A stretch of DNA of 64,000 nucleotides from Mobula hypostoma (taxonomy: Eukaryota): positions 154,380,001-154,444,000 of the forward strand of contig NC_086098.1 of the NCBI RefSeq assembly GCF_963921235.1. The letters are read 5' to 3'. This document shows positions 50,700-63,165 of this stretch, piece by piece (position 1 is the first letter of the stretch; each line of letters opens with the position of its first letter). The notes under the pieces were generated by a model, which was not told where the DNA came from, did no database searches, and worked only from the letters and a program-made list of their open reading frames with translations. The translations under genes and the position numbers were made by a program.

Positions 50700-52230
50700 T
50701 ATTAACAACAGAAGCTGAATTTAGCACCAGGAGCTGAAACGGGAGGCTCCAGAACAGAACGTTATACCGTGCTGGTCTCAGGAAGCAGATGAGATTGAGT
50801 TGGTAGACTGGACCATATCCCCAGACTCAGCCTCCAGTCACTGCCAACACAGGTTTTATCAGAAAGTATGTTGAGGACGGTTACTAAAGAGGGCATCCAA
50901 GTGTTTCCAGACCGGAAACCGTGGATGAACTGGGAGATCCACTTTCTTCTGAAGTGTAGATCTGCAGCATTAAAATCATGTGCCGCTGACCTTAAAAAGA
51001 AATAAAGTTATAACTTCCATAAAGCTTTCAGAGACATTAAGAGACAATGCCAGTCCAAAATCGAGTCTCGATCCAGCCGTCAGCTGCGGCAGTCCTTGCA
51101 TAATTTGAAGGATTGCAAAACGAAGTGGGCACCTTCGCCAAAAAAAAAGCACGGCCCTTCGGGAAGAGTTTGGCAGATTCTATCCACGCTTTATGCAGAT
51201 GGCAGCGGATATGACATGACGCACCCCAGCAGTATCCGGAGAACGTGAATGTACATTCACTGTCGGGGACGTAAGATCAGGCTTCCGAGGATGAAGCAGC
51301 GGAAAGCATCCAGCCCGGATGATGTCTCTGCCCGTGTTCTTAGATCCCATGCGCATCAGATGGCAGGGATATTTGCAGAAATGTCATCCTCTCCCTGCTT
51401 CGGGATGGAGTTCCCTCCTGCTTTAAGAAGACCACTGTCAGCCTGGTACTCAAGAAAAGCACGATATGTTATCTTAATGACTACAACTCAGTGGCTGCAA
51501 CACTGAACACGAGGTGTTTCGAGAAGCTGCTCATGGCACGCATCAACCCTCAGCTTTCCAGATAACCCCAACCCACCGCAATCTCACCACCGGGATGGAG
51601 CTCCCTATCCTTACGTTTACTTTTGAAGCATTTGAATAGTAAAGACCCCGACGTCAAGATATTGTTTACTAACTAAAGATTATTCCAATCAAATCCATCA
51701 CCAAAGTCCGTACATTGGGAGTTAATGCCGCCCTCTGCAACGGGATCCTTGACTTTCTGACCAATAGACTACAGTCATCAAAGATAGGCCGCCCCACTTC
51801 CACAAGAATTATTCTAAACACTGGCACTCCAGAAGGTTGCGCCGTTAGCGCCCTACTCTACTCCCTGGACACTCATGGCCAGATCCTGCTCTAGCTCTTA
51901 CCTTCAAGTTTGCAGATATTACCACTGTAATGTGTTGCATTTCCAATAACGATCAGTCGGAGTACATGAAAGAGATAGAGAGCTTAATGACATCGTGCCG
52001 TGACCACAGCCTTTCCCTTAATGTCAACAAAACAAAAGACCTTGAAAGGACAAAAGATCAAAAAGCTTCAGAAAGGGTGGGGGGGGGGTGTTTGTGGAGT
52101 ACATGCTCCTGTCTACCTCAACACTACTGAGGGTAAGAGGGTAGCTTCAAGCTCTTAGGAGTGACCTTCACCAGCAGCCTGTCCTGGTACAACTACTTCG
52201 TTGCCACATCCACAAGCTCACCAGCCATAA
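50700..52230 (+). mobile_element. Degraded Rex1/Babar LINE (RT region)
   Basis: FPDRKPWMN-like, RKASSPDDVSARVLRS, ggcactccagaaggttgc (GTPxGC), LSLNVNKTK, ttcaagctcttaggagtg (FKxLGV). Confidence 0.75.
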
Positions 52231-52262
52231 ACTCCCTATCTATTCTCTGTTGCTTATTCTTC

Positions 52263-55123
52263 TTTTTTTTAATTTTTTATTTTTATTTGGATAAGGAATT
52301 CACAAGTATCATGAACTTTTTTTACATGTATAACCTTTTCCATTTTTTAATATATGTATAAAACTGTAGTTATTTATACATTTCTAAGTACACAATAAGA
52401 CGATACAAAAAGAAATTAGACACAAATAGATAATTATGTGCAGTTGAAATTCTACTCTATTAGGCTAAGTAATGATATTAGTTGTTAAGAAAAATAGTAA
52501 TAATAGTGGATTAATAATAATTTCCATACATCTCTTCTGGACCATTTCTTTCTGGTCCAAAATGTTGTATGTAAGCCAATGTAACTACCATTGTAGGTGT
52601 TTATATCCTAACTTGTTCATGTTTGCTCCTACCCCCAAACATTATCCAATCCCTATGTACTTATTTACTTAATTTTATCATTTCTTATCCCTTTCCCAAA
52701 TCTTTTCCTTTACTTGTGTTGATTCTCCATTTTCCAAAACAAAACAAAAACAGGAAACATTTAGACCAGTGGTGCTTCCGTTGGCAATATTACTGTGTTG
52801 ATGAGAAGAGCAGTATAAATCATTAGGAGAGTCATCTAAAGTCTGCTAGCTTTGGGGTTATATATTCAATCCATTTTTTCCAAATTTGAGAATTTTTTTC
52901 TTTTTGAATTCTCAGGGAGTAAGTCATCTTTTCCATTTTAAATATTTCCAAGATAATTTCGTGCCAATCTTCTAATGTAGGTGGCATTGGATTTAGCCAC
53001 TTCCTAGTGATTGATTTCTTACTTGCCGCTAAAAGGGCCTGCAGCAACTTTATATCTTTCTTCTGTTCAAGAAACAATACATGCCCCAAATAGAGCGTCT
53101 CAAAGTTCAGAGGTATCTGGGTCTTAAGTACCTTAACTAATGTTTTATGAATACCATTCCAATATAAACTTAATTTAGGACAATCCCAGAATATATGGAA
53201 ATGATTTGCCTCCTTGGAGCCGCACCTTCTCCAACACGTCACGTTTGTATCTTTATACTTTTCCTGATATGGGGTCTTGAAGTATCTTATAATATTTTTC
53301 CAACAATGATCTCTGCAAGTCAAAGAGTTAGTCAAAGACCACTGAAAGCTGCATATTTTCCCCCAGGCCTCCTCTGAAAGCACCAACCCCGCTTCTTTCT
53401 CCCACTGCTCTTTAATATACAATGTGTTTACATTTTTAGCATGGGAACGTGCATTATATAATCGAGAAACTGATTGACTTAGTATTGAACTGTAAGCCGA
53501 ATTCAGAATCTTGAAAAATTCTAATTCTACTGTTGATAAGTCTGTACGTATACAACTCTGGTTAACATAGTGTGGTGCTTGAAGGTACCTAAAAAGTCAT
53601 TGTGTTCTAGGCCATGTTTGTCCTGCAGGAATTGGAAACTTTGTAATATTCTTTTATGTATAAATGAGAGTAGGTTGTAAGACCTTTCTTTATCCATAGT
53701 TCAAATCTTTTATCTCCTCTGTTGGGAAAGAATTCGGTATCATATGCACACCATCTGAAAAGTTTTAACATGTTATTGATTCCACATGAATTAACCACCT
53801 TCTGCCATTCTTTTAAGGTAAGAATTATCCAGCTGTTTTTAAACTTTTCCAATTGGGCCATCAATCCTTTGTCTGCTATTGAGCCTGTAGTGGAAAATTG
53901 TCAACCAATCCAAATTCTATTTCCTTCCATCTAGCCTGATATCCCTATTACACCAATATAACAGAGGGGTTATCTGTGAAGCATAAAAATAATTTCTCAA
54001 GCAAGGATGTACCATACCTCCTCCTTCCTTCCCTAACTGTGAGGTGTTATATCGAATTCTAGGTTTCTTTCCTTGCCAGATAACGTGGGAAATCCATTTG
54101 TCCCATTCACTGAATTGATTATCATCCACTTCCACAGGTAAAGTCCGGAAAAGATAGAGTAACCAAGGGAGAATATTCATTTTATGGTATTTATCCTTGA
54201 ATTTAAACTTAAAAAGGGGATAAGATTCCATCTATGCATATCTGCTTTTATCTCTGAAATTAATGGCCTGTAATTTACCTGTGACAGCGTTGAAAGATCC
54301 TTCTGCAGGGTTATTCCTAAATATTTTAATGATTTAGTTTCCCACTTAAGATCAGATGTATCCTGCAGTTTTTTGGATGGTGTATAATTTAGGGACATAA
54401 CCTGCGTTTTCTTTACATTTATTTTATAACCTGATATTTTCCCAAAGTCATTCAACAGTGTAAACAATCCTATAAATAATTTTTCTGGTTCACTCAGATA
54501 GACTAAAACATCATCTGCGAATAACGCCACCTACTGTTCAATCCCTGCCACCTTGATACCTTTTACAATTTCGTTCTGTCTTATTAGTTAGGCAAGCGGT
54601 TCAATATATAGCGCAAAAGGGAGAGGAGAAATTGGGCATCCCTGTCTAGTGCCTCTCTCTAAAATAAAGGAGTCAGAGAGGTCCCCATTTATCTTAATTC
54701 GGGCTGTAGGGCTGGCATATAAAGTCTGGATTACTTTAACAAACTTCTCTTGAAAGCCGAATCTTCTTAACACTCTGTATAGGAATGCCCAACTAACTGA
54801 ATCTAATCCCACTACCATTGTCTCTGTGTCGTTCTTAATAACCTGTTCCAGTATATGCGGAGTTCTCTTTATGTTGTCCTGTGTTTCTCTTTGCTGAATA
54901 AATCCACTCTGGTCTAAATGAATTAGGCCCGGTAAAAGCTTTTCCAATCTGCGCGCTAATATAGATGTAAATAATTTGTTAACTAAATTAAGAACGCTAA
55001 TTGGCCGAAAATTACCACATTCTAGTTTATCTATACCCTCTTTAGGAATAATTTAAATAATCGCTACTCTCCAGGAAGGTGGAGTTTCTTCTCTCTGCAA
55101 GATCCAATTAAAGGTGTTAGGTA
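52263..55123 (-). mobile_element. L1-clade LINE, ORF2 RT to C-terminus plus 3' UTR and A-rich tail; interrupted at 55123 by the LTR element
   Basis: DQSGFIQQRETQDNIKR, RGTRQGCPISPLPFALYIEPLA, LFADDVLVYL, KISGYKINVKKTQ, CWRRCGSKEANHFHIFWDCPKL; T-rich tail on + strand at about 52263-52286. The frame (PNTFNWILQREETPPSW) runs right up to the LTR edge. Confidence 0.9.
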
Positions 55124-55972
55124 TGTTACGGACCCCATAACTGGGTTGCCAAACCAGCAGAAATGGATCACTCAGTTGGAGTCTGGATTACTAGAACTAA
55201 AAAAGTTTTATTAAAGAAACAAGTAACACAGTACTCTAATCAAAAGGATAATGAATGCAACAGTTCAGCAATGATAAACATACATGTGCACAGAATTAAG
55301 ATAACAGGATCAATCAAGCTCTATCGTTGTCTAAGGATAAATGACCAGATTCAAAGTGACGCAAAGCTCAGTTCAATTTAGTTCAGTTCAGTTCGCGGTA
55401 ATCGCTGCCGTGGCGATGGACAGTGGGGGGAAGGAGAGAGAGAGTAAAACGAATGAATATTCAAGGCTTCCACACAGACCTTCGCAGTCAGCTTTCGGCC
55501 GAGTCCTTTGTGATGTCATCTGAGGTCACCAACCGTGACCTCTCCGTTTCCAGATACGATCGTTTCCCTGCGGTGAACCTGGCACCCAGGCAAGGGTGGA
55601 CACACACCAGGTTCCCACCGATCGTGCCTTTCCACCCTGTGCGTCTATGGCCAAGTACTTCCCACCGACTTGTGAGAGACGCACCGCTTCCAGGGTCTTG
55701 TTACCTCGGGTGTCGTGTGCGTCCTGCCTTAGCGAACCTGTCGCTTTTTATCCCCCTGCTGGGGTATCGCCTGTCCATCACTTCAAACAGTTCAGAGGTC
55801 AAAGGGGGAGCCGATCTTGACAGCTCTCCTTCCCCTTCATTAACATCTCTAAATGCTGCACCATTATTTTCCTTATCTCTCTCACTCCTGAAGACAGGTG
55901 GCAGACCACTGCTGATCCCACTGGTGCCGGCACAGGACAGCTACATCTTAATCTATGTGTATTCTTGTCACA
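55124..55972 (-). repeat. LTR 1 (3' LTR) of Gypsy/Gmr1-like element, 849 bp
   Basis: Element-strand TGTGACA...CGTAACA termini; AATAAA on - strand at 55207-55212; repeated at +4021 and +8042. Confidence 0.93.
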
Positions 55973-55984
55973 CTTCCCCCCTTT
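55973..55984 (-). other. Polypurine tract (second copy 59994-60005)
   Basis: Minus strand AAAGGGGGGAAG immediately precedes the LTR TG. Confidence 0.85.
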
Positions 55985-56148
55985 AAGGATTTTTACCGGG
56001 GGGTAAAAATTACAAACATGAATACATTATTTGATACACACACAAATATACATCTTTATCAGCTATTTGGCTAATACAGCGAGTTTGAAGTTGTCAACAC
56101 CTGACAGACAGACAGCCATCATATTTTCTGTTCCTTTTATATGTGTTA

Positions 56149-56655
56149 TTAACAATCCCTTAGACCAGGCTCCAACTTAGCAAACTTCATAGTGGCCAAA
56201 GACACTGATGAATTGCGATCAATGTAACCTCTCATTGGGTTTCGTTCCGGACCACAATGACAAGGGTCGTCCCATTCCGACTTAGTTTTCTCTCGCAAGG
56301 GTTTAGTAGGAGGGGGAGGGGTAGTAACCGCGGAGTTATTGCAAAACTTCCTACAGTACCCCACCATCTCCAAGAGCCTTCTGAGGGCCCTCTTGTCTGT
56401 TGGGGTTTGGATGTCAGAGGTAGCCCGCACTTTAGCTTGCATCGCTGCCAGCTGCCCCTGTGTCACCACAATTCCCAGGTAAGTGACCTCCGTGTGGCCA
56501 AACTCATTTTTTTCAAGGTTCACTATCAAGCTGGCTTTTGACAGCCGTATTACATCGCCAATACACACCTCTGTGTTCGTCAGCCCTTTAGTCACTGAAT
56601 TACTCATTCTATATGGTTGTTGCTCGCTAGGCTGACCTAGTGCAACAAACACCAC
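56149..56655 (-). pseudogene. Collapsed reverse-transcriptase remnant (copy 1)
   Basis: QQPYR, EVCIGDVI (degenerate YxDD), VNLEKNEFGHTEVTYLG and RRLLEMVGYCRKFC fused in one 168-aa frame; most of the RT and all of RNase H are missing. Confidence 0.8.
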
Positions 56656-56827
56656 CCAACGTCCCAGTTATTTGCATCGCCTCGGGACAATCAAACACAC
56701 GTGTGCGAGTCGTTTAATTATTTCTCCTAAAGAGTCGCTTTGTTCGGGGATTAAGGGAGAGACCTCATCAGCAGATCTGGCCAAAACAATAGCCTTCTCC
56801 CATCTGGTCGATACCATACTCATCTTT

Positions 56828-59046
56828 TCAAAATGTTTTTTTTTCTCTTATCGGGGGGACCCTAGCTTCCTTGATTTCCGCACTAACACCGACTAGGTCT
56901 GTTAGCATATCAAAAGCCTGTGACCGTCTCAGTTCGCGTCTGCCATAATCAATAACATCCTTCCTCCGGTGCAGCCAGTAAACCTCTTTCTTGATTCCAC
57001 CAACTGTTCCCTCCAGTACCGCAAAATGTCCACCGGGGGGTACCTTGTGGGCCAGGTTAAAAACCTCATCCCCATAACTCTTTTGCACCACCCCACATTC
57101 CTCATCTGCGGGTACGGTACTTGGTCTCCCTTGCTTCCTTAGCACTTCCTCCTCCACACAATAGCCTACTAGTTCCCTTGTTAAGTCTGTGTCAGAGAGA
57201 GCTGTCTCTGCCAAAACCATCAGCCCCTCGTCCCGCTCCTGCGCCTGCACAAATTCTTTCCTGGCTAATTCTAAGTCTGTCTCAGCTCCCTCACTACCTC
57301 TTGTTTCACTACACTCCTTCTTTTCACTTTCTACCCCCTTCTCGTACAAGGCTGGCAGAAACGTCTCAGCTAAATTTCCTACCACAGTCCCGTGATGAAC
57401 CTGTGAGTCCATGGGCGGGGCCTCAATGCTGGCAGGCTGACCTGTCAATCTCACTGCTTCGAACACGATTCCCCCGGCGAGGTCATTACCGAGCAAGACT
57501 TCCACGCCTTTCATCGGTAATTCGGGCCTCACCCCGATCGTGACTAGTCCAGAGACCAGGTTGCTTTGTAAGTGTATCTGGTGCAAAGCCACGGCTTCCG
57601 TCCCTTCCCCAAAACCTTTGACCTTGACCTCCCCAGTCTGGGTCTCTGAGCTAAACTCTAATACACTCTTCAGTATTATTGACTGACACGCTCCCGTGTC
57701 TCTCCAGATCCGCACTGGAACTGGTTTTAACCCCTCCTTCACTGACACCAATCCGGCCGAGATAAACCTCTCGCACCTTTCCTGAACTTTGGCAGACCTG
57801 TCCTTCCTTAGTGCTTCGTTTACCAGCTCGATACAGCCAGTCGAAATCACCGTTTTTCCTTTTCCCGTCTCCTTCTTTGGGGCAAAGCACCTGGACGCAA
57901 AGTGTCCGACTTTCCCGCAATTATAACAGACAACCCCAGGAGAATTCCTACCAGACTGCTCCCGGTCTACCTTATCCTTCTCACTAGTCCCCGGCTTACT
58001 TTCTGACTTTTCCGGCGGACTCTCCGCGCCGTCCTGACTACCCTTCTGGTAGCCTTTACTCGGGGCAAACTTCATTTTATGCGTCAACGCATACTCATCC
58101 GCTAACTTAGCAGTTGCGGCTAACGTGGCTGCCTCTTTCTCATCTAAGTAGGGTCTCATACCCTCAGGGACACAACCTTTAAACTGCTCAATCAGGATCA
58201 GCTGTAGCAGTCTGTCATAATCCCCCTCTACTCCCTTCGTGGCGCACCAACGCTCACAATATGTCTGCATCTCACGGGTAAACTCTAAATACGTGCGGTC
58301 CCACTGCTTCTTCGCATTCCAGAACCTCTGCCGGTATGCCTCCGGGACCAACTCATAAATCCTGAGGATGGCCTCTTTCACCACCTCATACCTCTGGGCA
58401 TCTTCCGCAGACAAAGCTGAGTAAGCTTGTTGGGCTCTCCTTTTCAGTACACTCTGAAGCAAGACAGCCCACTTATCCCTCAGCCAGTCCTGACTTGTAG
58501 CAACTTTTTCGAAATGCAGAAAGTACCGATCCACGTCGGTATCGTCAAATGGGGGAACCGGCCTAACCTCTTGGGTCGCCCGGAACCCTCCACCTTGGTT
58601 CGGCACAGGCCCCTGCTCGGATCTTATCTTTAACTTCGCCAGCTCAAATTCCCTTTCCCTCTGCCTCTCTCTCTCTTCTCGCTCCCATTGCCTCTCTTTC
58701 TCTTCTCTCTCCAACAGCTCTCTCTGTCTCTCTCCTGCCTTTCTAACTGCTTCTCTTCGTGTTCTAACTGCCGTACCCGGAACTCGTGCTCGAGTCTCAG
58801 TTTTTCAAGCTGCACCTGTATCGCGTCTCCGGCCGGATTTTCAATAGACACCACCTCCAGCTCGCCTTGGGGAAACACATCTTTAGATACATAGTGCTCT
58901 ACGATAGCTCTGTGTATCTCCTCTCTCCTCATTGTCGACTTCCCCTTAGCAAGATTCAACTGTTTGGCCACAGCTACCAATTCCGATTTCCTGGCATCCT
59001 CTAATGCCTCCAAGGTCGGCGCCTTTATAATTTCCTCAGCCTCCAT
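56828..59046 (-). CDS. gag: Gag (coiled coil, SCAN-like capsid, CCHC knuckle), aspartic protease and truncated integrase Zn-finger, copy 1; frameshift near 58715-58735
   Basis: ORFs 58630-59046 and 56828-58714. PEAYRQRF...LIEQF (SCAN-like), CYNCGKVGHFASRC, RDTGACQS, LAHKVPPGGHF (HH half of HHCC). Integrase directly after protease is the Gmr1-clade domain order. Confidence 0.85.
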
Positions 59047-59122
59047 TTCTGCTGTTTGTCTTTTCTTTCTTTCGGGAATTTTGACCCAATCAATTTACTT
59101 CGTCACAAATTTAGCGTTCAAA

Positions 59123-59140
59123 ATCCCGGACGAGCCCCCA
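59123..59140 (-). other. Primer-binding site complementary to tRNA-Pro (second copy 63144-63161)
   Basis: Minus strand TGGGGGCTCGTCCGGGAT, 4 nt after the LTR end; this is the known tRNA-Pro PBS 18-mer. Confidence 0.92.
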
Positions 59141-59144
59141 CTTA

Positions 59145-59993
59145 TGTTACGTACCCCGTAAATGGGTTGCCAAACCAGCAGAAATGGATCACTCAGTTGG
59201 AGTCTGGATTACTAGAACTAAAAAAGTTTTATTAAAGAAACAAGCAACACAGTACTCTAATCAAAAGGATAATGAATGCAACAGTTCAGCAATGATAAAC
59301 ATACATGTGCACAGAATTAAGATAACAGGATCAATCAAGCTCTATCGTTGTCTAGGGGTAAATGACCAGTTTCAAAGTGACGCAAAGCTCAGTTCAATTT
59401 AGTTCAGTTCAGTTCGCGGTAATCGCTGCCGTGGCGATGGACAGTGGGGGGAAGGAGAGAGAGAGTAAAACGAATGAATATTCAAGGCTTCCACACAGAC
59501 CTTCGCAGTCAGCTTTCGGCCGAGTCCTTTGTGATGTCATCTGAGGTCACCAACCGTGACCTCTCCGTTTCCAGATACGATCGTTTCCCTGCGGTGAACC
59601 TGGCACCCAGGCAAGGGTGGACACACACCAGGTTCCCACCGATCGTGCCTTTCCACCCTGTGCGTCTATGGCCAAGTACTTCCCACCGACTTGTGAGAGA
59701 CGCACCGCTTCCAGGGTCTTGTTACCTCGGGTGTCGTGTGCGTCCTGCCTTAGCGAACCTGTCGCTTTTTATCCCCCTGCTGGGGTATCGCCTGTCCATC
59801 ACTTCAAACAGTTCAGAGGTCAAAGGGGGAGCCGATCTTGACAGCTCTCCTTCCCCTTCATTAACATCTCTAAATGCTGCACCATTATTTTCCTTATCTC
59901 TCTCACTCCTGAAGACAGGTGGCAGACCACTGCTGATCCCACTGGTGCCGGCACAGGACAGCTACATCTTAATCTATGTGTATTCTTGTCACA
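59145..59993 (-). repeat. LTR 2 (shared middle LTR, chimeric)
   Basis: Left part matches LTR 3 and right part matches LTR 1 at diagnostic sites. Confidence 0.93.
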
Positions 59994-60169
59994 CTTCCCC
60001 CCTTTAAGGATTTTTACCGGGGGGTAAAAATTACAAACATGAATACATTATTTGATACACACACAAATATACATCTTTATCAGCTATTTGGCTAATACAG
60101 CGAGTTTGAAGTTGTCAACACCTGACAGACAGACAGCCATCATATTTTCTGTTCCTTTTATATGTGTTA

Positions 60170-60676
60170 TTAACAATCCCTTAGACCAGGCTCCAACTTA
60201 GCAAACTTCATAGTGGCCAAAGACACTGATGAATTGCGATCAATGTAACCTCTCATTGGGTTTCGTTCCGGACCACAATGACAAGGGTCGTCCCATTCCG
60301 ACTTAGTTTTCTCTCGCAAGGGTTTAGTAGGAGGGGGAGGGGTAGTAACCGCGGAGTTATTGCAAAACTTCCTACAGTACCCCACCATCTCCAAGAGCCT
60401 TCTGAGGGCCCTCTTGTCTGTTGGGGTTTGGATGTCAGAGGTAGCCCGCACTTTAGCTTGCATCGCTGCCAGCTGCCCCTGTGTCACCACAATTCCCAGG
60501 TAAGTGACCTCCGTGTGGCCAAACTCATTTTTTTCAAGGTTCACTATCAAGCTGGCTTTTGACAGCCGTATTACATCGCCAATACACACCTCTGTGTTCG
60601 TCAGCCCTTTAGTCACTGAATTACTCATTCTATATGGTTGTTGCTCGCTAGGCTGACCTAGTGCAACAAACACCAC
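60170..60676 (-). pseudogene. Collapsed reverse-transcriptase remnant (copy 2)
   Basis: Translation identical to 56149-56655. Confidence 0.8.
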
Positions 60677-60848
60677 CCAACGTCCCAGTTATTTGCATCG
60701 CCTCGGGACAATCAAACACACGTGTGCGAGTCGTTTAATTATTTCTCCTAAAGAGTCGCTTTGTTCGGGGATTAAGGGAGAGACCTCATCAGCAGATCTG
60801 GCCAAAACAATAGCCTTCTCCCATCTGGTCGATACCATACTCATCTTT

Positions 60849-63067
60849 TCAAAATGTTTTTTTTTCTCTTATCGGGGGGACCCTAGCTTCCTTGATTTCC
60901 GCACTAACACCGACTAGGTCTGTTAGCATATCAAAAGCCTGTGACCGTCTCAGTTCGCGTCTGCCATAATCAATAACATCCTTCCTCCGGTGCAGCCAGT
61001 AAACCTCTTTCTTGATTCCACCAACTGTTCCCTCCAGTACCGCAAAATGTCCACCGGGGGGTACCTTGTGGGCCAGGTTAAAAACCTCATCCCCATAACT
61101 CTTTTGCACCACCCCACATTCCTCATCTGCGGGTACGGTACTTGGTCTCCCTTGCTTCCTTAGCACTTCCTCCTCCACACAATAGCCTACTAGTTCCCTT
61201 GTTAAGTCTGTGTCAGAGAGAGCTGTCTCTGCCAAAACCATCAGCCCCTCGTCCCGCTCCTGCGCCTGCACAAATTCTTTCCTGGCTAATTCTAAGTCTG
61301 TCTCAGCTCCCTCACTACCTCTTGTTTCACTACACTCCTTCTTTTCACTTTCTACCCCCTTCTCGTACAAGGCTGGCAGAAACGTCTCAGCTAAATTTCC
61401 TACCACAGTCCCGTGATGAACCTGTGAGTCCATGGGCGGGGCCTCAATGCTGGCAGGCTGACCTGTCAATCTCACTGCTTCGAACACGATTCCCCCGGCG
61501 AGGTCATTACCGAGCAAGACTTCCACGCCTTTCATCGGTAATTCGGGCCTCACCCCGATCGTGACTAGTCCAGAGACCAGGTTGCTTTGTAAGTGTATCT
61601 GGTGCAAAGCCACGGCTTCCGTCCCTTCCCCAAAACCTTTGACCTTGACCTCCCCAGTCTGGGTCTCTGAGCTAAACTCTAATACACTCTTCAGTATTAT
61701 TGACTGACACGCTCCCGTGTCTCTCCAGATCCGCACTGGAACTGGTTTTAACCCCTCCTTCACTGACACCAATCCGGCCGAGATAAACCTCTCGCACCTT
61801 TCCTGAACTTTGGCAGACCTGTCCTTCCTTAGTGCTTCGTTTACCAGCTCGATACAGCCAGTCGAAATCACCGTTTTTCCTTTTCCCGTCTCCTTCTTTG
61901 GGGCAAAGCACCTGGACGCAAAGTGTCCGACTTTCCCGCAATTATAACAGACAACCCCAGGAGAATTCCTACCAGACTGCTCCCGGTCTACCTTATCCTT
62001 CTCACTAGTCCCCGGCTTACTTTCTGACTTTTCCGGCGGACTCTCCGCGCCGTCCTGACTACCCTTCTGGTAGCCTTTACTCGGGGCAAACTTCATTTTA
62101 TGCGTCAACGCATACTCATCCGCTAACTTAGCAGTTGCGGCTAACGTGGCTGCCTCTTTCTCATCTAAGTAGGGTCTCATACCCTCAGGGACACAACCTT
62201 TAAACTGCTCAATCAGGATCAGCTGTAGCAGTCTGTCATAATCCCCCTCTACTCCCTTCGTGGCGCACCAACGCTCACAATATGTCTGCATCTCACGGGT
62301 AAACTCTAAATACGTGCGGTCCCACTGCTTCTTCGCATTCCAGAACCTCTGCCGGTATGCCTCCGGGACCAACTCATAAATCCTGAGGATGGCCTCTTTC
62401 ACCACCTCATACCTCTGGGCATCTTCCGCAGACAAAGCTGAGTAAGCTTGTTGGGCTCTCCTTTTCAGTACACTCTGAAGCAAGACAGCCCACTTATCCC
62501 TCAGCCAGTCCTGACTTGTAGCAACTTTTTCGAAATGCAGAAAGTACCGATCCACGTCGGTATCGTCAAATGGGGGAACCGGCCTAACCTCTTGGGTCGC
62601 CCGGAACCCTCCACCTTGGTTCGGCACAGGCCCCTGCTCGGATCTTATCTTTAACTTCGCCAGCTCAAATTCCCTTTCCCTCTGCCTCTCTCTCTCTTCT
62701 CGCTCCCATTGCCTCTCTTTCTCTTCTCTCTCCAACAGCTCTCTCTGTCTCTCTCCTGCCTTTCTAACTGCTTCTCTTCGTGTTCTAACTGCCGTACCCG
62801 GAACTCGTGCTCGAGTCTCAGTTTTTCAAGCTGCACCTGTATCGCGTCTCCGGCCGGATTTTCAATAGACACCACCTCCAGCTCGCCTTGGGGAAACACA
62901 TCTTTAGATACATAGTGCTCTACGATAGCTCTGTGTATCTCCTCTCTCCTCATTGTCGACTTCCCCTTAGCAAGATTCAACTGTTTGGCCACAGCTACCA
63001 ATTCCGATTTCCTGGCATCCTCTAATGCCTCCAAGGTCGGCGCCTTTATAATTTCCTCAGCCTCCAT
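60849..63067 (-). CDS. gag: Gag-protease-truncated integrase, copy 2, same frameshift
   Basis: ORFs 62651-63067 and 60849-62735 are identical in translation to copy 1. Confidence 0.85.
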
Positions 63068-63165
63068 TTCTGCTGTTTGTCTTTTCTTTCTTTCGGGAAT
63101 TTTGACCCAATCAATTTACTTCGTCACAAATTTAGCGTTCAAAATCCCGGACGAGCCCCCACTTA

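Noticed and set aside
55423-55986. 187-aa plus-strand ORF (repeated at 59444-60007)
   Set aside because: Antisense within the LTR, no recognisable domain, and not preserved as a full ORF in LTR 3; its recurrence reflects only the duplication.
56670-56677. Octamer ATTTGCAT (also 60691-60698) downstream of cluster B as a possible 3' enhancer
   Set aside because: Inside the retroelement internal region; a single 8-mer without supporting motifs is expected by chance.
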